Shown here one piece after another: positions 56,905 through 64,000 of a DNA stretch of 64,000 nucleotides. Within the stretch, counting starts at the first letter, position 1, and every line of letters begins with the position of its first letter. The notes below the pieces were generated by a model that made no database searches, was not told the origin of the DNA, and saw only the letters and a program-made list of their open reading frames with translations. Origin of the DNA: Eledone cirrhosa (taxonomy: Eukaryota); NCBI GenBank assembly GCA_964016885.1, contig OZ024754.1, forward strand, positions 33,170,001 to 33,234,000. The letters are read 5' to 3'. The position numbers were made by a program, and so were the translations under genes.

Positions 56905-58509
56905 AAATGCGTCGAAATGATCAGCGAGAGCAAGGTTGAGTTCCGTGGGATTGATACCAGTGAGCTGGGACTTCTACTTAAGCTTACCCATAGTAATAGT
57001 TACCTAGACACTTATGACCTTAGCAACCTGTGCCCTACAAGACCAGCAAGAGGCAGACCACCTACCATTACCTCAATGGCCAAGAAAACCCACACAGATA
57101 GATGGAACGGGTGGACCAGAGCCATACGGACACCCGAAAACCACGATGAACTGAAGAAAATGATTGCACATGCGGTAGGGGCCAGCATAAAATTAACCCT
57201 TAAGGAACATATGTTCAAATTTAATGGTAAAACATATGCCCAAGAGGAAGGAGCAGCCATTGGTGTTAGCATTGCAGGCGACATAGCTAACTTGTTCATG
57301 GTATGGTGGGACAGTAGACTTAAACAAAAACTTAAAGAACAATTAGAAGACAGATTAACCCTGATAATGTACTCCCGCTACGTAGATGATATAAACATCG
57401 TAGTTAAGACACCCCCACTAAAGAACAGTCAGGAACCTGAGAAAAACACAATGGAAAGCATCCAGCAAATAGCAAACTCCATCCACCAGAGCATTAGAGT
57501 TACTATAGACTACCCAAGTAGACACCCCAACCATCGATTACCTGTACTAGACACAGAGCTCTGGTTAGATACTATTAACAACCAAAAACAAATCCTCCAT
57601 TCCCATTATGCCAAACCCATGACTTCCAAACATCTGATCCACCGAAACTCGGCCATTTCGGACCATACCAAAATCAACATACTGATTGCGGATTTGATAC
57701 GGGTGATGAGAAATGTGTCCCGCATGTGCAACCCCGAAGAACTAGAGAGACACATACAACACTTCATCCACCGTATGCAGTTCTCTGGCTACAATCAGAG
57801 AGATAGAATCAGAGTGTATAAAGGAGCCAGAACCAAATGGGAAAAAATGGTAAATAATGACATAAATGGGACCTGCCCCTTGTATAGGAGCAAATTTTGG
57901 AATAGAATAGAAAGAACTAAGAACAAGGCCAATAGAATAAACTCATGGTATGATAGCAATAAATACCAGAGTGTAATGTTCATCAATACAACCCCTAGAG
58001 GTGAACTAGCCTACAAATTTAGAAGGGCCCTAAAGAAACATAATCTCAATATTAAGATAGTAGAAAGACCTGGTACCTCCGTAAAAACACTTATTAGCAA
58101 GACATACCCGTTCCAAAGACCCTCATGTATAGATAAGAAATGTATAACCTGTAAAATAAGCCCCCATATTAACTGTAAAACTAGAAATGTAGTATATAGC
58201 ATAAGATGTACTGAGGGACAATGTAGAAACAAAAATATAGTGTACATAGGTGAGACAGCTCGTAGTATAGGGGAACGAATAAATGAACACTGGCGAGACC
58301 TCCAAGATAGTAAAGAATCATCTGTGCTCTACCAACATGCTAAGATAGAACACAGGGGTAAATTAGAGAGCATAGAAATAAAAATAGAATCCACACACAA
58401 GAAAGACGCAATGTTTAGGCAAATTACAGAGGCAGTAAGCATAAAAGAATTAAAACCAAAATTAAATAGAAAATATGAGTGGAACAGCAACATCACAACT
58501 TACAATTAA
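56905..58509 (+). CDS. Penelope-like element reverse transcriptase - GIY-YIG endonuclease, N-terminally truncated but uninterrupted
   Basis: FNGKTYAQEEGAAIG, YSRYVDD, LPVLD, YAKPM, Cys-rich linker CIDKKCITC, VVYSIRC..VYIGETARS..ERINEH, EAVSI..PKLN. The first 12 aa of the track ORF come from the inversion junction. Confidence 0.93.
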   Translation, partial: KCVEMISESKVEFRGIDTSELGLLLKLTHSNSYLDTYDLSNLCPTRPARGRPPTITSMAKKTHTDRWNGWTRAIRTPENHDELKKMIAHAVGASIKLTLKEHMFKFNGKTYAQEEGAAIGVSIAGDIANLFMVWWDSRLKQKLKEQLEDRLTLIMYSRYVDDINIVVKTPPLKNSQEPEKNTMESIQQIANSIHQSIRVTIDYPSRHPNHRLPVLDTELWLDTINNQKQILHSHYAKPMTSKHLIHRNSAISDHTKINILIADLIRVMRNVSRMCNPEELERHIQHFIHRMQFSGYNQRDRIRVYKGARTKWEKMVNNDINGTCPLYRSKFWNRIERTKNKANRINSWYDSNKYQSVMFINTTPRGELAYKFRRALKKHNLNIKIVERPGTSVKTLISKTYPFQRPSCIDKKCITCKISPHINCKTRNVVYSIRCTEGQCRNKNIVYIGETARSIGERINEHWRDLQDSKESSVLYQHAKIEHRGKLESIEIKIESTHKKDAMFRQITEAVSIKELKPKLNRKYEWNSNITTYN

Positions 58510-58811
58510 GGACAAAATGAAAACACACACACACATATATAAACAACTTACAATTGAAATTGAAAACACACACAAAATGAAAACACACACAAGACAAAAT
58601 GAAAACACACACACACATAGAACAAACAACCAACCAACAATAAATAAATAAATAAACAAACAAATATAAATAGAAAAATAGAAAAATGAACACAAACACA
58701 CACAGACACCCGGATGTGGCGCATGCGCAAACTGAGCACGCAACCCACACACAAACAAAATGGCGTAGGATAGAAGAAAGGAAAGGCACAGAAACGAAGA
58801 AAGAAATCCCC

Positions 58812-58856
58812 AGTCACTGAAGAGGTCACAGAGTGTGTGACGAAAGAACTATGACT
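58812..58856 (+). ncRNA. Minimal type-I hammerhead in the PLE pLTR/3' UTR
   Basis: AGTCA-CTGAAGA-G-GTCACA GAGTG TGTGAC-GAAA-GAAC-TA-TGACT. Confidence 0.78.
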
Positions 58857-59069
58857 ATATATATATAAACAACTATCTGGTTGTGGAACCAACCAACCAA
58901 CCAGAAATTTATAAATTTGTAAATTTATAAATATATATTAAATTAAATTGAAGTGAAAGCAACTGGTGCGTGTGTTTCTTATTGGCAACATGACCCTCCC
59001 AAAGTATAACAATATCGGTTTCAACACACGATTTCAGATAAAGAATCTTGCTAAACAAATTCAGAAACG

Positions 59070-59132
<63 letters not shown>

Positions 59133-59212
59133 AATACACACACGCATATATATATATATAAACAAGAAGTGTAAGTCAACAGGTTACAATTAACTTCGTT
59201 TGTTCATATTCC

Positions 59213-59269
59213 CTGTAATAGATATTTGGGTGGTAACCATTATTGAACAGCTACGACCTCATCAGACAG
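59213..59269 (-). ncRNA. Decayed 23884-type hammerhead (GAAA changed to CAAA)
   Basis: CUGU-CUGAUGA-GGU C GUAGCUGUU..AAUGGUUAC C ACC-CAAA-UAUCUA-UU-ACAG. Confidence 0.6.
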
Positions 59270-59844
59270 CTAGAACATAATGATGGATCAAAGTTTACTT
59301 CCGTTATTTCGGTCCTTTGATATGCCCTGTCCAGAAGTTCTACCCTACATACTGAAGTGTGGGTAACCAACCAACACATACTCAAATTTATATATATATA
59401 TATATAGTGTTAGAAAAGGGAACACAAGCAAGAGACATTTTCCCTTCATCAGTTGTCTAATACGGGTCACAGATGTTTCAACGCATTATAGACAATACAT
59501 CTATCAGTAGCGCGCCCGTAACTTATTATCAACAAGTGGGAAAGAAAAGACGAAAAAGCAGCGATAGCGGAGTAGGAGAAAGAAAGAAAAAAAGAGAAAG
59601 AAAAAGAAAAAACACACCGAAAGAAGGGGGAAACACAGGACAATGACATATGTAAGTAAGTAACCGAGGGGAGAGAGAAATTATATATATATATATATAT
59701 ATATAATTTTTAGAGTGTAAGAGATGACGGCTCGATTCCTGCGCGTGCTGATGCCCATTTGTCATTTATGGGAGCTTATATGTCCTCTTATTAGACTATT
59801 TTCTGCAGTCAATATACGGCGCAAGCCCTAATACAATCGCATCA

Positions 59845-59869
59845 GCAACAACAACAACTACTACTACTA

Positions 59870-59919
<50 letters not shown>

Positions 59920-59975
59920 ACTACTACTACTACATAACAACGACAACAACAATGACAGCGACAATAACATCAGAA

Positions 59976-60038
<63 letters not shown>

Positions 60039-60097
60039 ACTACTACTACTACATAACAACGACAACAACAATGACAGCGACAATAACATCAGAAACA

Positions 60098-60133
<36 letters not shown>

Positions 60134-60190
60134 GCTACATAACAACGACAACAACAATGACATCGACAATAGCAACAGCAACAACAGCTA
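59845..60190 (+). repeat. Three tandem units of compound (CTA)n(CTG)n plus CATAACAACGACAACAACAATGACAGCGACAATAACATCAGAAAC
   Basis: The unique linker repeats at about 59933, 60052 and 60138. Confidence 0.9.
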
Positions 60191-60742
60191 CAAGATTGTC
60201 GAAATTCACATTAAGAATTACGCATGTGACATTGGCGAAGAAAAACTATTCCCGGAGAAAAGGTTTACAATGAAAAGGTTTACAATTGTTTTGTTGATTT
60301 TTACCTTTTCTTTCCTTTAGGTTTAGTTGGCTTCTCACCTTTCTGCTTATTCGAAACTAAGGTGAGGTAATAGAAAGGAACAATGTGCAAAAAAAAAATC
60401 ACTGCAGGGATGCTTTTACCCTATATCTGCAGACTTATCATTAATTTTGCTGTATCACTATTATTGACCTCACCTTGGCGTTTGAACATGAATGAACTGC
60501 TCCCAACTTCCGCCGTAATATTAGCAGTGTTAGTACTGCAATGTCTTCCCACAATGGACGACACGGTGTTAATGATCATATATATAGACTGGTATTGACG
60601 CTCAACCGGAAGTGCGGACATTTATTAGAAAGGGTGACGTGAACAGTGAACAGTGAAGCGAAGGAAAAAAAAAGCTAAGTAGAAGTAAAAACATGGATAT
60701 ATTGTGATATACATGAACACGCAGGCACACAGAAACATACAC

Positions 60743-60808
<66 letters not shown>

Positions 60809-60909
60809 ATATATATGTATTTATATATATATATGAGTATATATGTATATATATATATATATATATGAGTATATATATATATACACATATATATATGTGT
60901 ATATATATT

Positions 60910-62035
<1,126 letters not shown>

Positions 62036-62164
62036 ACTGGAAGGTAATATCCGTAGTGGTAGACCACTCAGCCCATGGGACGGTATGGTGAACTAACTGT
62101 TGTGTTACTACTTCTATAAATATATATATATATGTGTGTGTGTATGTATGTATAAGTATCTGTA

Positions 62165-62206
<42 letters not shown>

Positions 62207-62207
62207 T

Positions 62208-62359
62208 CCGTGTGTTATTGGCGAAGGTGAGAATGAGTATTCAATACCGAAGTAGAGTTTAGCTATTTATTTATTCCGGTTGTCTGACGATCCTGAGTGG
62301 GCAGGTGAAACTCCGAAGTATTCTGACTCACTACCTATCGCCATGTTAAATGAATGTCT

Positions 62360-62360
<1 letters not shown>
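62208..62360. mobile_element. Family D element with hammerhead-like core on plus (62281-62320) and tail on minus
   Basis: TGT-CTGACGA-TCCTG AGTGGG CAGGT-GAAA-CTCCGAAG-TA; minus strand ACTCTACTTCGGTATTGAATAC. Confidence 0.65.
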
Positions 62361-62434
<74 letters not shown>

Positions 62435-62804
62435 ATGTGTGTGTGTGTCTGTGTGTGTCTGTGTCTGTGTTTGTGTGTGTGTGCGTACTAAAGGCTCCAT
62501 TCTGTCACGTCTGATAGTTAGTGTGTACCTGGAAAGCTCCTATCTAAGGTACAAGACTAGCAAAGTGTTTTTGTGGAAGACCAGAAATTGCACATGCATA
62601 CCAGTTTTCTCTTTCGCGCCTACTGATATTGTAAAAGGGGGAGATGGGTGAACGCTGGTTCATTTTTACAAGCCGAATGGCCATGAGCGAAATATAGAGC
62701 CTTGCTCAAAGAATCAACCGCGTAGCCCAGTCCGGTAATCGAAGTTACGATCTTACGATTGTAAGCCGGACATCCTAACCACTGTATTATATAATATTAT
62801 ATAA

Positions 62805-63240
62805 TTGTTTCTACTTTTGGCACAAGGCCAGCAAATTACCCCAGTACATTACTGGTACTTTATTTTATCGACCCCGTAAGGATGAAAGGCAAAGTTAACC
62901 TCGACGGAATTTGAACTCAGACCATAAATGGAAGTAACTCTTTACTGCAAAGCATGGCGTCTGACCCTCTACCGATACTGCCACCAATCCACCGCCCTAT
63001 ATATATTATATAATATGAGGGCGATGGATTGGCAGTATCGATAGAGAATCGGACACCATGCTTTGCAGCATAGAGTTACAGCCATTTGTGATCTGAGTTC
63101 AAATCCCGCTGAGGTTAACTTTGCCTTTCATGCTCACGGAGTCGATAAAATAAAGTACCAGTCACGCATTGGTGTCGATTTAATCGACTTCCCCTCCCCC
63201 AAAATTTACTGGCCTTGTGCCTATATAAGAAACCACAATA
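62805..63240. mobile_element. Divergent pair of SINE family 1 copies (62805-62997 minus, 63020-63240 plus)
   Basis: A/B boxes and body recognisable in both. Confidence 0.9.
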
Positions 63241-63685
63241 TTATATAATATGGTATGGCAGATACGTATCTCAGCGTTCTACCAAGTAAATACAAATGTA
63301 TTTATTATGGAAAGAAAGAGAAAGACAGTAAAGGGGGGAGGGGGGAAGTGTAGGGAGAAAAGTTATATAATTTCATTGCTTTGCTGTAGATTAACCTTAT
63401 CTACTTAGGTGTAGAAATTCGTAGAAATAGGTAGAAATTCGCAGCCGAATACAATTGAAGAGAAGCGCAAGTAGACTGGAGTTAAATTTATTAGAATATT
63501 TCTGGATCAATTAATGCTAGCTATACAATGTAGTTCTGCGCTTTAGGGATCGTAACAGGCCTCATGTGGTCTCGCTTCATATGGATGAACGATCAGCTGT
63601 GATTGCTTAAATAGATTTTCGAGTTGTTTACACACACACCACTCATCCACATTATATAAAGATATATAGATAGACATAAAGATGA

Positions 63686-63719
<34 letters not shown>

Positions 63720-63777
63720 CTGTGTGTGTGTATGTAACCCGTGTGCAACCACGCAGTATTCATTCTTCACATGGTTT

Positions 63778-63866
<89 letters not shown>

Positions 63867-63869
<3 letters not shown>

Positions 63870-63980
63870 AGTAAGTAAGACCCCGACGGCTGAGCTCAAG
63901 CCGTTTCGACGGCTAATTCTGTACTGAGTACTTTGGTGCGTTATGGTCCACCTGGTTCCTTACCACTTTTCCCTCGCTAT
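63867..63980 (+). mobile_element. Family E element, inverted arm joined directly to tail
   Basis: GTAAGACCCCGACGGCTGAGCTCAAGCCGTTTCGACGGCTAATTCTG|TACTGAGTACTTTGGTGCGTTATGGTCC. Confidence 0.85.
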
Positions 63981-64000
63981 ATATATATATATATATATAT

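Larger units (their letters stand above)
55196..59072 (+). mobile_element. Young 5'-truncated Penelope-like retroelement with ~1.7-kb inverted duplication, inserted in (TA)n
   Basis: 55196-56885 mirrors 57326-59015 (coordinate sum 114211); unique spacer 56905-57318; 57-bp tail 59016-59072 only on the forward copy; TA tracts on both sides. Confidence 0.93.

Overview
AT-rich, extremely microsatellite-dense animal genomic DNA. The tRNA-SINE family and (TA)n/(CA)n load suggest a cephalopod such as Octopus (inference only). No host protein-coding gene can be supported, and almost all ORFs in the track are simple-repeat artefacts. Real coding remnants are all transposon-derived: (1) a young Penelope-like element (PLE; RT + GIY-YIG, 56905-58509) with a ~1.7 kb inverted copy of its own 3' part; (2) a second, Naiad-like PLE (20281-21868, minus); (3) RTE LINE fragments, one 5'-inverted and one containing a 73-bp minisatellite; (4) CRE-like and R4/Dong-like restriction-like-endonuclease fragments; (5) a Helitron helicase fragment. 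There are also many tRNA-SINE copies, MITEs and one complete non-autonomous Helitron. The most interesting signal lies in the short unique islands between (TA)n tracts. About 20 minimal type-I hammerhead ribozyme motifs from several sequence-divergent families occur there. Many sit in a shared architecture: (TA)n - inverted tail-less arm - forward arm - 55-100 nt tail - (TA)n, which the long PLE also shows. Across families they share a C-C mismatch in stem II, palindromic stem III, core variants (U3-A8; U9) and an ACTC...YRTYGAGTRC tail motif. This looks like a swarm of microsatellite-targeting, ribozyme-bearing non-autonomous PLE derivatives (retrozyme-like). All coordinates and pairings were read by eye; ribozyme activity and family assignments are untested.
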